From: Octopus vulgaris
Taxonomy: Eukaryota
Assembly: GCA_951406725.2 (NCBI GenBank)
Contig: OX597839.1
Location: 20,522,001 to 20,586,000, forward strand
Length of the DNA: 64,000 nt
Reading direction: 5' to 3'
Shown: positions 1 to 12,317 of the stretch, in pieces
Layout of the letters: each line of letters starts with the position of its first letter
Position numbering within the stretch: the stretch's first letter is position 1
Notes under the pieces: generated by a model
Told to the model about the DNA's origin: nothing
What the model saw: only the letters and a program-made list of their open reading frames with translations
The model's database searches: none
Made by a program: the position numbers and the translations under genes

Positions 1-348
1 TCTTTTACTTGTTTCAGTCATTTGACTGCGGCCATGCTGGAGCACCGCCTTTAGTCGAGCAAATCGACCCCGGGACTTACTCTTTTGGTAAGCCCAGTAC
101 TTATTCTATCGGTCTCTTTTTGCCGAACCGCTAAGTGACGGGGACGTAAACACACCAGCATCGGTTGTCAAGCAATGCTAGGGGGACAAACACAGACACA
201 CAAACACATACACGCATATATATATATATACATATACGACAGGCTTCTTTCAGTTTCCGTCTACCAAATCCACTCACAAGGCATTGGTCGGCCCGGGGCA
301 ATAGCAGAAGACACTTGCCCAAGATGCCACGCAGTGGAACTGAATCCG
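1..348 (-). mobile_element. tRNA-derived SINE family A, head truncated
   Basis: Same body as the copies at 41480, 45744 and 54133: CTTGGGCAAGTG core-like motif, internal (TA)/(TG) tract, tail GGCGGTGCTCCAGCATGGCC...GTAAAAGA. Confidence 0.9.
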
Positions 349-376
349 TGTAAGATTACGTAAAACAAGAGTAAGC

Positions 377-600
377 ACACAAAAATCACAGTCACTCTGG
401 CCGCTAAAGCCAGTGCTTTCCCCGACTCAAAAGGGGTACATACCCAAATGGTAGTTGTCGGAAGCTGATGAAAACCACGGTCACTCTGACCGCTATAGCC
501 AGTGCTTTCCCCGACTCCAAAGGGATACATACCCGAAGGGTAGTTGTCGGAAGCTCACAAAAACCACGGTCACTCTGGCTGCTAAAAACAGTGCTTCCCC
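377..600. repeat. 89-bp minisatellite, about 2.5 copies
   Basis: GTCACTCT recurs at 391, 480 and 569, with conserved sequence between. Confidence 0.9.
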
Positions 601-652
601 CATTCGAAAATTAAAATTTAAAAAAAAAGTTTTATACATATATACATACATA

Positions 653-862
653 CGAGGGGGTACTTAAAAGTTCCTAATTTTGGGCAAAAAAAAATACACT
701 AGGGTCAGTTAATTATGATTTTATTAAACACATTCCCCTCTCAGATTCACACACTTTTGCTGTGGTCCTTCAGTTTTTCTAAGCCCTTAAAAAAAACTCA
801 GCAGGAATGGCCTTTCGCGATGCCTGTGAATTCAGAAATTTTTCAGCACGTCCCCCCTCCCG
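653..862. mobile_element. mariner-derived MITE
   Basis: Left end TA|CGAGGGGG..AAAAGTT and a degenerate inverted right end. The minus strand retains a decayed transposase C-terminus (GLEKLKD..CVNLRGE). Confidence 0.7.
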
Positions 863-985
863 TGTATGTGTGTGTGTGCGTGCGTATGACATGTAGGTAA
901 AGTTGTTAGTAAGTAAGTAACTTAATACTCAGTAGAGGTTTCAATCTGTGCTAGGAATTACGAAGGGTTTTTAGTAAATATTTTC

Positions 986-1046
986 AAGGCGGTGCCCCAG
1001 CATGACCGCAGTCTAATGATTGAAACAAGTAAAAGAATAAAAGAAT
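986..1046 (+). mobile_element. isolated SINE-A/LINE 3' tail
   Basis: AAGGCGGTGCCCCAGCATGACCGCAGTC..GAAACAAGTAAAAGA. Confidence 0.8.
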
Positions 1047-1545
1047 GTCATCTAGCTTCACTGCTGTGCACCCCTGCGTGGTTGATTTACAGCAGGGGCA
1101 TCCTGCAGTATCCCGACTTTTCTGCCTTTTCTGGGTATCGTGTCATGGTGACATCATTGCGCTGTTTGCCGGGTGGCCTGACTTAGCACATTTTCTTCGG
1201 TATCACCATTGGCAGTACTGCACTTAAAAATTCTGCTTAGAAACGGTACAAGATAGAAGACTAGCTTGAAGCAAGTTCAGCCCCAGCTCACCGCTGTCAT
1301 CGAGCGAAAGTGTGCTGCGCTGCTTCAACGTAAACATCGCCCCACAGAGGCAAACGTGCAAGCATTAAGAACGGCAAGATGCACAGCACCCCGCCTTCCA
1401 ATCTACTACACACTGCGCAAATGAGTATTGGCTACGGCTTTGCAAAAGTATGCGATCATCATTTGACACAGGTTACGTCCATAGAATGTACAAACTAATA
1501 AAGAAAGCCATCATCGACCCAACCATGCGTAAGATAGCACCACTG
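1047..1545 (+). mobile_element. decayed RTE-clade LINE ORF2 fragment, upstream part apparently inverted
   Basis: The + strand translates as EASSA..VIERKCAALLQ..ALRTAR..CANEYWLRLCKSM..DTG..MYKLIKKAI..PTMRKIAPL, resembling the RTE endonuclease-RT linker. Stops and frameshifts are present. Confidence 0.7.
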
Positions 1546-2612
1546 TCCCAATAAATTTATGAAGAGAAAATGTTATTTTATTGGGGTTGTGGCTTGTACC
1601 ATTGGTTATTAGTTCTAGGAGAAAGATATTCTGACATAAACTTGTAGTCAAAAAGGTACCAATCATATCCATGGCGTGTACAAAATGATAGGGCAAGCCA
1701 TCATTGACCCGACCAAGCATAGGGTAGTACCGCTGTCCCAATAAATTTATGAAGAGAAAGTGTCATTTTATTGAGGTTGTGGCTTGTACCATTGGTTATT
1801 AGTTCTAGGAGAAAGATATTCTGACAAAACTTGTAGTCAAAATGATACCAATCATATCCATGGCGTGTACAAAATGATAGGGCAAGCCATCATTGACCCG
1901 ACCAAGCATAGGGTAGTACCGCTGTCCCAATAAATTTATGAAGAGAAAGTGTCATTTTATTGAGGTTGTGGCTTGTACCATTGGTTATTAGTTCTAGGAG
2001 AAAGATATTCTGACAAAACTTGTAGTCAAAATGATACCAATCATATCCATGGCGTGTACAAAATGATAGGGCAAGCCATCATTGACCCGACCAAGCATAG
2101 GGTAGTACCGCTGTCCCAATAAATTTATGAAGAGAAAGTGTCATTTTATTGAGGTTGTGGCTTGTACCATTGGTTATTAGTTCTAGGAGAAAGATATTCT
2201 GACAAAACTTGTAGTCAAAATGATACCAATCATATCCATGGCGTGTACAAAATGATAGGGCAAGCCATCATTGACCCGACCAAGCATAGGGTAGTACCGC
2301 TACCGCTGTCCCAATAAATTTATGAAGAGAAAGTGTCATTTTATTGAGGTTGTGGCTTGTACCATTGGTTATTAGTTCTAGGAGAAAGATATTCTGACAT
2401 AGAGCTTGTAGTCAAAATGGTACCAATCATATCCATGGCGTGTACAAAATGATAAAGTAAGCCATCATTGACCCGACCAAGCGTAGAATAGCACCACTGT
2501 CCCAATATGTTTATGAAGAGAAAATGTTATTTTACTGGAGTTGTGACTTGTACAATTGGTTATTAGTTCTTCTAATAGGTGAAAGATACTGTGACATAAG
2601 ACTTGTAGTCAA
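1478..2612. repeat. 189-bp tandem repeat, about 6 copies
   Basis: GGCGTGTACA at 1673, 1862, 2051, 2240 and 2437. Central copies are near-identical and terminal copies are diverged. Confidence 0.95.
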
Positions 2613-2910
2613 ATTCGTAGCAGTTATCTTGTAATGCTTGTCACTGGAACCTACTATGGTGATTGGGAGACTGGCAAAAAGTGGTTTATAAGCTTTTGTC
2701 GCTTAAATCCAATGGCGTGCAGATGTCTCGCTGTCATTTCATTTTTCTTGAACCGTTTTGTGTTTTATAAAGTTCTGTGGCACGATGGATGCGTTGCCCG
2801 GAAAGTCGTATCCGCGCAAAATACAACGATGAAAGTGAATTAGCAGAATATTAGACGGAATGTGAGACTGCTATCATCTGACAACATGAAACAACTCCCG
2901 CCTCTCTCTC

Positions 2911-2991
<81 letters not shown>

Positions 2992-3034
2992 GTATATATA
3001 CGTTTAAAATGGCAATATGACCATTCCGAAATAT

Positions 3035-3077
<43 letters not shown>

Positions 3078-3092
3078 TGTATGTAGACATTA

Positions 3093-3362
3093 TTTATGCG
3101 CTTTTTTCAAGCCTAGCCAAGCTCATGGGCCCGGTTTCCCGGTTTCTGTGGCGTGTGTGTTCCCCCAGCTCAAGAAACAGGAAGATATAGTGAGTGAAAG
3201 TTGGGGCGAAAGAATACAACAGGGGTCGCCACCACCCACTGCTGGAACCTCGTGGAGCTTTTAAGTGTTTTTGCTCAATAAACACACACAACCGTCTGGA
3301 AATCGAAACCGCGATCTTCCGATTGCGAGTCCGCTGCCCTAACCACCGGGCCATTGCGCATC

Positions 3363-3364
<2 letters not shown>
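3093..3364 (-). mobile_element. tRNA-derived SINE family B, tail type 1
   Basis: Head GCGCAATGGCCC.GTGGTTAGGGCAGCGGACTCGC..GTTTCGATT with Pol III A/B-box-like motifs. Confidence 0.85.
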
Positions 3365-3397
<33 letters not shown>

Positions 3398-3400
<3 letters not shown>

Positions 3401-3525
3401 AACGTGAAACTCCGAGTAACAGCTTTTGTTATATTTCTGCTGCTTTTAAATAAAGCATATTACTCTACCTCTGGTATTTGAGTACTCTTTCTTCCACCTT
3501 GTTTCACATTTATGTACTTACTCCG

Positions 3526-3526
<1 letters not shown>
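3398..3526. mobile_element. probable Penelope-type terminal repeat remnant
   Basis: GAAACTCCGAGTAA..TTTCTGCTGCTTTTAAATAAAG and ..TTACTCCG are shared with 47671-47752. Confidence 0.5.
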
Positions 3527-3558
<32 letters not shown>

Positions 3559-3613
3559 TACACACTCACTCATACACACATATGAAAATTCATATGAAAA
3601 TTCATGTATTTGT

Positions 3614-3661
<48 letters not shown>

Positions 3662-4444
3662 TGTGTACGTATATTTATATATGTATGACAATACATTTGT
3701 ATATGTATTTCTATATATTTCTATGTATGTATTACGTACGTACGTATGTACAGCATCGCTATAAAAATTAGACAATATGCCATTACGGCTAATTACAGCT
3801 GACGTATTTGATTTTGTGGTCAAAAAAATACATGTGCTGTAATAACATTGTCGGCTTTTTCAAAAAGAAGCTAAGACTATGCTCTTACGTAAAGCACACA
3901 TGATTGTAAGTTTACCTTACATCCTCAACGCCCTTTACACACATCTAATTCTTAACCATAATATCCTAATCAGATTAATAACATGTCAGAAGGATGGATA
4001 TTGTTTGTTTTATGTTATGAAGTAGTGTAAGTAATATTTAATTAGTTTTGCCGTTTCATCATCACCAACATCTGTCAATGAGTGATTAGTTCTGTTGGCA
4101 CAGATTCTGGTTATATAGGAAATATTTATTATCCTTCTACACTAGCATAAACATTCGTCCATATATATATGGATTTATGTGTGCGCGTACACACACACCC
4201 ACACATATATATATATCGAGTTTGCATCATAAGTGTATATAATAAGTTTGAGAGATACGAAATAAATCGTTTTTTAAACGGTAGAACTCGAAGTAGATAA
4301 AGCTATAAATAATAGCGCGTAGAGTATATCTTAAAGGAAATCACTTGACGGAAACATATTTTTCTAGAACCATCTCACACACACACGTGTGTGTGTGTGT
4401 GTATTATACCACTGAATCAAAATTTTGTACTAAATTTGGTATAT

Positions 4445-4500
4445 TTCCACTGATGAAGGCAGAGTATCTTATTACAAAGCCAGAAATCATCGATCTGGGA
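4445..4500 (+). ncRNA. type I hammerhead ribozyme-like motif
   Basis: TTCCA-CTGATGA-A-GGC..GCC-A-GAAA-TCATCGA-TC-TGGGA. Stems I, II and III can form around an AUC triplet. Confidence 0.6.
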
Positions 4501-4638
4501 TTATCCATTAATCTTTTGTTCATTTATCTTTTCACTTGTGTTGTATGAATACATGATGTGGTTTTAGAGTCAGGTTTTGACTGTTGTTTCTGGCATGGTT
4601 GTACCTCTCCGCTACCCTTAATCATAGTTATATATATA

Positions 4639-5021
4639 CTAGCAGTATCGCCCGGCGTTGCTCAGGTTTGTAAGGGAAATAACTATAAAGCATTTTTAGA
4701 GAGTTATAGCCAAAAAATAGCAAAAAAAAGGAAAAAAATTATGGTAAATTTTTTTTGAGAGTTAAAAAAGGTGGAGTTGTGTCCCCTAGACGGTCTGTGG
4801 TTTGGGTTTCTGATTCTCGACCCCATGTCGAATTTATCGATTTTTTTCAGAACTGGGGGAACTTTTCAAAATTTTCGCTGCGTTAGTTTTGAATTATGAC
4901 ATTGGGCTATGTGTGTGTCAAGTTTCATCAGAATCGGTTGAAAGCCGTGGTCAGAGTGAGGGTACGAGAAAACAGACACACAGAAAACGCACAGACAAAC
5001 TGCCGTTTATATATAGAGAGA
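4639..5021 (-). mobile_element. non-autonomous Helitron
   Basis: Minus strand A|TC...GAGCAACGCCGGGCGATACTGCTAG|T, with a subterminal hairpin and no TSD. Second copy at 15341. Confidence 0.85.
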
Positions 5022-5677
5022 TTTATATATATATATATATATACATACTCACATTCCCCTACACACACATGCATGTTTGTATTGGCTGAATCGATAGAAC
5101 TTACGGCACAGTTTCTTTGAGTTATTGGTTCTGGTTATCTCTGCATGCTGAATTCTTCAGTGGCAGCTAACTACATCCATTCACACTACCAAATAAACTT
5201 TGACGAACTTCAACGGATTTCATTCTGATATACATACAGAGAATTGTATGTATATGAGAACTGTGAAGTGGAACGAAGAACATGTCTCTAATGTACTAAA
5301 TTCTGGTGCGTCAACTTAAGTTCCATATTCATCTGAATCTAAACTTTTGCTGAAGTCATCTATCATACCCAAAGTCTATATATATGGATATCTTACATGT
5401 ATGAAAATAATAGATTTTCTGTAAATATAAATTCTGTACAATAATCAAACAACTTCTGCTTCCATATTAGTATGTTTTGTTCTTTGAGTTGTATTGAAGT
5501 TCTTAAGAGACCTCAAGCCTATCGCTAACAAAGCAAAAATACTTTATGAGTTAAGAGGATTCCGGGTGTTTGTAAATATACGGTTGAGTTGTTGTGGTGT
5601 TTGAGCTGTCGATGCATATACCAGAATGTATGCATCTATTCATTTGAAGTACGTCAGAGAAGTTTTGGATTATTTAA

Positions 5678-5740
5678 TGTATGTATGTATGCATGTATGT
5701 ATGCATGTATGTATGTATGCATGTATGTATGTATGCATGC

Positions 5741-5771
<31 letters not shown>

Positions 5772-5911
5772 CATGCATGCATGCATCTATGTATGTATGT
5801 ATGTACGTACGTACGTATGTATGTATGTATGTATGTATGTATGTATGTATGTATGTATGTATGTATGTATGTATGTATGTATGTATGTACGTACGTACGT
5901 ATGTATGTATG

Positions 5912-5945
<34 letters not shown>

Positions 5946-6240
5946 TGAATGCATGTATGTATGTATGCATGCATATATGTATGTATGTATGCATGTATGT
6001 ATGTATGTATGCACGCATGCATGCATCTATATATGTATGTACGTATGTATGTATGTATGTATGTACGTACGTATGTATGTATGTATGTATATATGTATGT
6101 ATGTATGTATGTATGTACGTACGTACGTATATATGTATGTATGTATGTGAATGTATGTATGTGAATGTATGTATGTATGTATGTGAATGTATGTATGTAT
6201 GTATGAATGTATGTATGTATGAATGCGTATGCACAATTAC
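5678..6240. repeat. (TATG)n microsatellite
   Basis: Directly visible; source of the MYVC/HTYI pseudo-ORFs. Confidence 0.95.
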
Positions 6241-6295
6241 ATACAAATACATACATTCATACATCGAAACAACGATACTTTGGATCGAGAGGAGC

Positions 6296-7073
6296 GGTAA
6301 TCCCAGAATCACATATGTCTCATGATGTCGGGATTGATATGAGCAATGACGCTTCGTTTCACATGGATATCACCATGGGTAGTGTGCAGGCGAATGGCCG
6401 GATGGATTCTGAGAACCTTCAGAGCAAGGGACCAGGAAATTATGCTGGTCCTATGGAGGACACTTTTCCTCACCCGTCTGGACTACTGCTCTCAACTGTG
6501 GTCACTCTACAGTGTGAGATTAATAGCTGAACTTGAGGCAGTTAGGCGATGTTAAACATGGAAGGTTGCATCAATGGTACAGCCAAGCTACTGCGAGAGA
6601 CTGAAAGCGCTACGACTCTACTCCCTGGAGCGAAAACAGGAGAGGTATGCAGTGATATATGTGTAGAAGATACTGGAAGGGACTGGCACCAAACTTTGGA
6701 AACGAAAGCTATACAAGACCCCGAATTGGACGTCATTGCACTGTTCCAAAGGTCCCAGCTGTCCCATCTAGAGACAGGACCCTGTACTGCAATAGTTTAG
6801 GGTTTAAGGGGCCGCAGCTATTTAACGCCTTGCCAAAACATCTGAGGGATCTCCATGGAGTGAAAGTAGATGTTTTCAAGAAACGCCTTGACCTCTTGCT
6901 ATCCAGGGTCACAGATGAGCCATTATCAAGGTAGGAAACTTAAAAGATGACAGCAGTGTCGAACTCCCTCCTTCACCAAAAGCCAATCACATGAGATTGG
7001 TCATTTAAAAGGTGATAACGCTGGCGGTGCTCCAACATGGCCATAGCTTTAGGGCTGAAAGATATAAAAGAAT
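6296..7073 (+). mobile_element. 5'-truncated CR1/L2-like LINE: ORF2 C-terminus and 3' UTR
   Basis: Frameshifted translation GWILRTFR..MLVLWRTL..RLDYCSQLWS..ERLKALRLYSLER..NSLGFKGPQLFNALPKHLRD..FKKRLDLLL..DEP. Confidence 0.85.
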
Positions 7074-7091
7074 ACATGAATATACTTGTGT

Positions 7092-7456
7092 AGGCAGAGG
7101 GTGGTTGTGTGGTAAGAAGCTTGCTTCCCAATCACACTGTTTCGGGTTCAGTTCCACTGCGTGGCACCATAGACAAGTGTCTTCTATTATAGCCTTGGGC
7201 CGACCAGAACCTTGTGAATGGATTTGGTAGACGGAAACTGAAAGAAGCTCGTCGTATATATATTTGTGTGTGTCTGTGTTTGCTTCCCACCGCACTATCG
7301 CTTGACAACCGATGTTGGTGTGTTTACGTCCCCGCAACTTAGCGGCTCGGCAAAGACAGACCGATAGAATAAGTAGTAGGCTTACAAACAATTCGTTTGA
7401 CGAAAGGCGGTGCTCCATCATGGCCGTAGTCAGATAACTGAAACAAGTAAATGAAT
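7092..7456 (+). mobile_element. SINE family A, older copy
   Basis: Head, core and tail all align to the other A copies. Confidence 0.85.
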
Positions 7457-7497
7457 AAATGAATGTATGTATTTATATACCCGTATCGACAATACTA

Positions 7498-7803
7498 TTG
7501 TTTGTTCCTTCTCGAGCCATGCCTGGCTCATAAGGGCCGGTTTCCCGGTTTCCTTGGCGTATAGGTTCCCCACCTGGACGGGATGCCAGTCCGTCGCAGG
7601 TGAGCTGCAAGATGCAGGAGGTAAGAGTGAGAGAAAGTTGTAGCGAAAGAGTCAGCAGAAGTTTCGCCATTATCTTCTGCCGGAGCCGTGTAGAACTTAG
7701 GTGTTTTCGCTCATAAGCACACACATCGCCCGGTGTGAGATTCGAACCCACGAACCCTCGACCGCGTGTCCACTGCTCTAACCACTAGGCCATGTGCCTC
7801 CAC
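7498..7803 (-). mobile_element. SINE family B variant, tail type 2
   Basis: tRNA-like head with GGTTCGAATC B box, shared GAGCGAAAACACCTAA body, and a distinct tail. Confidence 0.8.
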
Positions 7804-8174
7804 TATTGGATTTTGTTAGCCATCACTAATCATAATGCTTTTCCAATTCTTTTTCCAGTTTTGTCCAGATTATTTAACTAAGTAACGTTTCTGTGAATTC
7901 CCATTAAAAAATAGACACTTTATTGGGAAGATCTTTTCGGCTTTTGACATGATTTGAGTTCGAACCAGCGAAAGTTAGGGGTTTTTAACGCGTGTGTTTA
8001 AACGGAAACTACAGAATACGGAGAATCTGAGGAGATAATAGTGAACCACTAAATCTGTGTGAAGAAATAATGAATGTTTGAGTGTGTATATATTTTGTGA
8101 ATGGAACCATATAACGTACGGAAATTGTATACAATGTAAACGATAAGAGGAAAACATATGGGCATGGTGTGTGC

Positions 8175-8221
<47 letters not shown>

Positions 8222-8276
8222 TTGTGTATAGTATATATGTGTGCGTGGGTGTGCATATATAGGCATTTCATTTATA

Positions 8277-8323
<47 letters not shown>

Positions 8324-8327
<4 letters not shown>

Positions 8328-8480
8328 GTATATATACATATATATATATATATATATAATTATCTGTACATATATATATATATGTGTGTGTGTGTGTGTA
8401 TATTTATATATATTTATATGTATGTGTATATATATATATATATATATAGATACACAGTTTATATATATATAGATAGATAG

Positions 8481-8517
<37 letters not shown>

Positions 8518-8707
8518 TATTTATATAGGTATATATACAGTTATATTTATATAGGTATATATACAGTTATATATAGATAGGTATATGTAAGTATATATAT
8601 ATATATATTTATATATACACATACACGTATATATACATATATATATATATAATTATCTGTACATATATATATATGTGTGTGTGTGTATATTTATATATAT
8701 TTATATG

Positions 8708-8749
<42 letters not shown>

Positions 8750-8764
8750 ATATATATAATATAT

Positions 8765-8801
<37 letters not shown>

Positions 8802-9117
8802 TATTTATATAGGTATATATACAGTTATATTTATATAGGTATATATACAGTTATATATAGATAGGTATATGTAAGTATATATATATATATATATATTTAT
8901 ATATACACATACACGTATATATACATATATATATATATAATTATCTGTACATATATATATATATGTGTGTGTGTGTATATTTATATATATTTATATGTAT
9001 GTGTATATATATATATATATATATATAGATAGATAGTTATATATATATATAGTTATATATTTATATAGGTATATATACAGTTATATATAGATAGGTATAT
9101 GTAAGTATATATATATA
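8324..9117. repeat. higher-order AT-rich repeat, about 290-300 bp x3
   Basis: The block ACACGTAT..AATTATCTGTAC..GATAGGTATATGTAAGT recurs near 8324, 8623 and 8911. Confidence 0.8.
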
Positions 9118-9444
9118 TTCTTCTGTGTGTGAGAGAGATATAGAGAGAAAGTGAGAGAGAACTAGAGGAAGAGAACAGAATCGGGTGGTAGAAGAGAAGC
9201 TAAATGGCTAAAGCAGAGTCTGTGTATATTCTGGCAGAATTAGAAGGGAGACTGCGATACCTCGAGGGTTTCGTGATAAATCGGTTATCAGATAAATTCT
9301 CATACAAACTTTGGAACCAAATTCTACGCCCTTCAGTAACTCCTGTAGTTTTCTCAGCTAATTAGACAAATGTGCGTGTGTGTTTGTGTGTGTATATACC
9401 TGTTTGTATATATGTATGTGTGTATATATGTATATACATATATA

Positions 9445-9495
<51 letters not shown>

Positions 9496-9705
9496 GTTTG
9501 TATGTGTGTATATATATACCTGTTTGTATATATATATGTATAAGATCTCTATATGCCTGTGTGTACTTATATATTTGGGGGGATGTTTATATATATACAT
9601 ATATATATCTGTGTTTGAATATATATGTGTATATATTTATGTATGCCTGTGTACATATGTACTTGACTGTGTGTGTGTATACACACTCACACACACATAT
9701 ATATA

Positions 9706-9741
<36 letters not shown>

Positions 9742-9802
9742 AGTATATATATATAAGGGTTTGTGAGTGAAGATATATATATGTAATAAATGATTTCTGA
9801 GA

Positions 9803-9843
<41 letters not shown>

Positions 9844-9914
9844 CGTATGTATATATATATCTGTATAATGATTTGTGAGTGTTTTTATATATCATAAATC
9901 ATTTGAGAGTGAAG

Positions 9915-9945
<31 letters not shown>

Positions 9946-10369
9946 TGTATGTATGTATGTATGTATACACCCACACGCGCATACAGACCAGTGTATTTCG
10001 TAGTACTTACTACACACAGGTATGTCACCAAAGGCAGTTGTTCTCGAGAAGCGTGTATCTATCTCTATTGGTAATCTGATCCACAAGTTCTGGGTTTCTT
10101 ATTTATTTAGACAAACCTCAAGTGCATCCCAGTTGTTTAAATAAACACCTTACACTCCAACCCCTTCGGGGCAAAGAAATCTCTTCTCGTCGCCCTGCCT
10201 TCCATACTTTTCTCTCCCCCACTCTCTATCTCTCTCTTCGTATATTGTTTCACTTTCTCAATATCTATTATCAATGATCTGTATCCGTACCGGTTTATAC
10301 CTTTTGAAAATAAATACATAGAAAACGCATCAGGCACGCACACACGTATGTATATTTGTGTGTGTGAGT

Positions 10370-10758
10370 GATATATATATATATATATATATATATAATG
10401 TATGTATGTATGTCTGTGTATGTATGTATGTCTGTGTATGTATGCATGTATGTATGTATGTATATAAGTATGTATGTATATATATATATGTATGTATGTA
10501 TATATATATATATGTATGTATGTATATATATATGTATGTATGTATATATATGTATGTATGTATATATATATATGTATGTATGTATATATATATATATATG
10601 TATGTGTATGTATGTATATATATATATATGTATGTATATATATATATGTATGTATATATATATATATATATATGTATGTATATATGTATGTATGTATATA
10701 TATATATATATACATACATATACTCACACACACATATATTCTTACGTGTGCATGTATG

Positions 10759-10791
<33 letters not shown>

Positions 10792-11224
10792 CCATACACA
10801 GGTGTATTTACTTCATTAGACGTTCTTGTACATATATTCATCATGTTACCCTTTTTGCACTTTTCCGCTGGCCCTTACTTCCAGGGATCTCATTATCTCT
10901 TATTAAAACAAGTTTCAAGGATAAAATTTCCAGTATAAAGTATTTTAGGCAGGATAGTATAGCCAATCATTTCCCAAACTTTTGGAGTTGTGTTCTAGGT
11001 ATGTATTTATGTATGTTTCTACGGATACGGGATTGTAAGTAGGTGTGTATGTATGTTTGTATGTATGCGTATAAGTTTGTGTATGAGTCTGTCTCTCTCT
11101 TTCTATATATATTTATATCTATCCATCTATTTATCCATCCATCCATCCATCCATCCATCCATCCATCTATCTCTGTATCTATCCAACAATCTATCCAACT
11201 ATCTATCCAACTATCTATCCATCC

Positions 11225-11304
<80 letters not shown>

Positions 11305-11480
11305 GTCTGTCTCCATCTGTCTACCTCTATCTATCCATCTTTCTATTCAACTATCTATCCATCTCTGTATATATCTATCCATCTCTCTCTCTCTCTCTCT
11401 CTCTCTATTTATCTATCTATCTATCCACCTCCCCCTCCCTCCCCCCTCTATCTATCTATTTATCTACATATCTATATATG
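10370..11480. repeat. compound (TA)/(TATG) and (TCTA)/(TCCA) microsatellite blocks
   Basis: Directly visible, with a short unique spacer at about 10800-11040. Confidence 0.9.
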
Positions 11481-11604
11481 TGCATGTATGTGTGTGTTGG
11501 AGAACTCTAAAGCAAGCGTGGTATAGATATTCACGGAGCAGTGCTCAGATAAACGAGAACTTAAAATCCAACTCACTCCTTCCGGGTAGGATGTAGCATA
11601 TAAG

Positions 11605-11650
<46 letters not shown>

Positions 11651-12317
11651 CGTGCATGCATGCATGTATGTATGTATGTATTTGTGTGTGTGTGTGTGTG
11701 TGTGTGTATAGATACGCATGTGTCCGTGTATTTCTATATTTCTCAGATAGAGTGATTACACATCACTGTGTCGGGGTGAACCTTTTGGAAACTGTCAATT
11801 AAAAGTGGTTTGTGCCATCAAGATTGACTTAACTTGCTCATTTCATTTAATATCGTGATGCTGATATAACATTTCTCTGTGATACACGGGCTACAGTCAT
11901 ATGATCCGTTCTTAGATGTGTGTACCTTATCTAACTTTGCTCAAAAGGTGTTGGTGAGAAATTTATTTTATCTATTTATTTATTCATTGGTGTTGGCTGC
12001 GTGATAGTGCTTTGCTGGTATGTCTTACTTTGGGCCTGTTTTTATGGAACCAACTTTGTACGCGATATATGTTGATTGGGGTAGTTGTATAACTGTGTGG
12101 AGAATGGCAAGAAGATGTGAGTGTGATGTCACATGATTAGGGTGCTGTGTGTATGGTTTAGAAAAATGTGGAGAGATCTTGAAATATTATTGTAAATGAG
12201 TGAATCAGAAGATAGATCTCTATGTTAGACCACTCTGTAAGACTGATCCAGGTTCTGCAATTATTGTTTATAAGCTACAAAGATCTTTAAACCTCACAGG
12301 CAGTGTACTGGTCAGGA

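Noticed and set aside
1478-2612. CRISPR-like array
   Set aside because: Whole units repeat with no unique spacers, there are no cas genes, and the context is eukaryotic.
5589-6325. Long ORFs of MYVC/HTYI/IYLS type here and throughout the window
   Set aside because: They are translations of stop-free microsatellites, open in several frames on both strands.
10981-11004. Other AG|GT junctions (10997, about 10018, about 48098)
   Set aside because: Poor pyrimidine tracts, or located inside a MITE.
11730-12290. Possible decayed retroelement coding fragment
   Set aside because: No motif could be recognised in any frame by eye.
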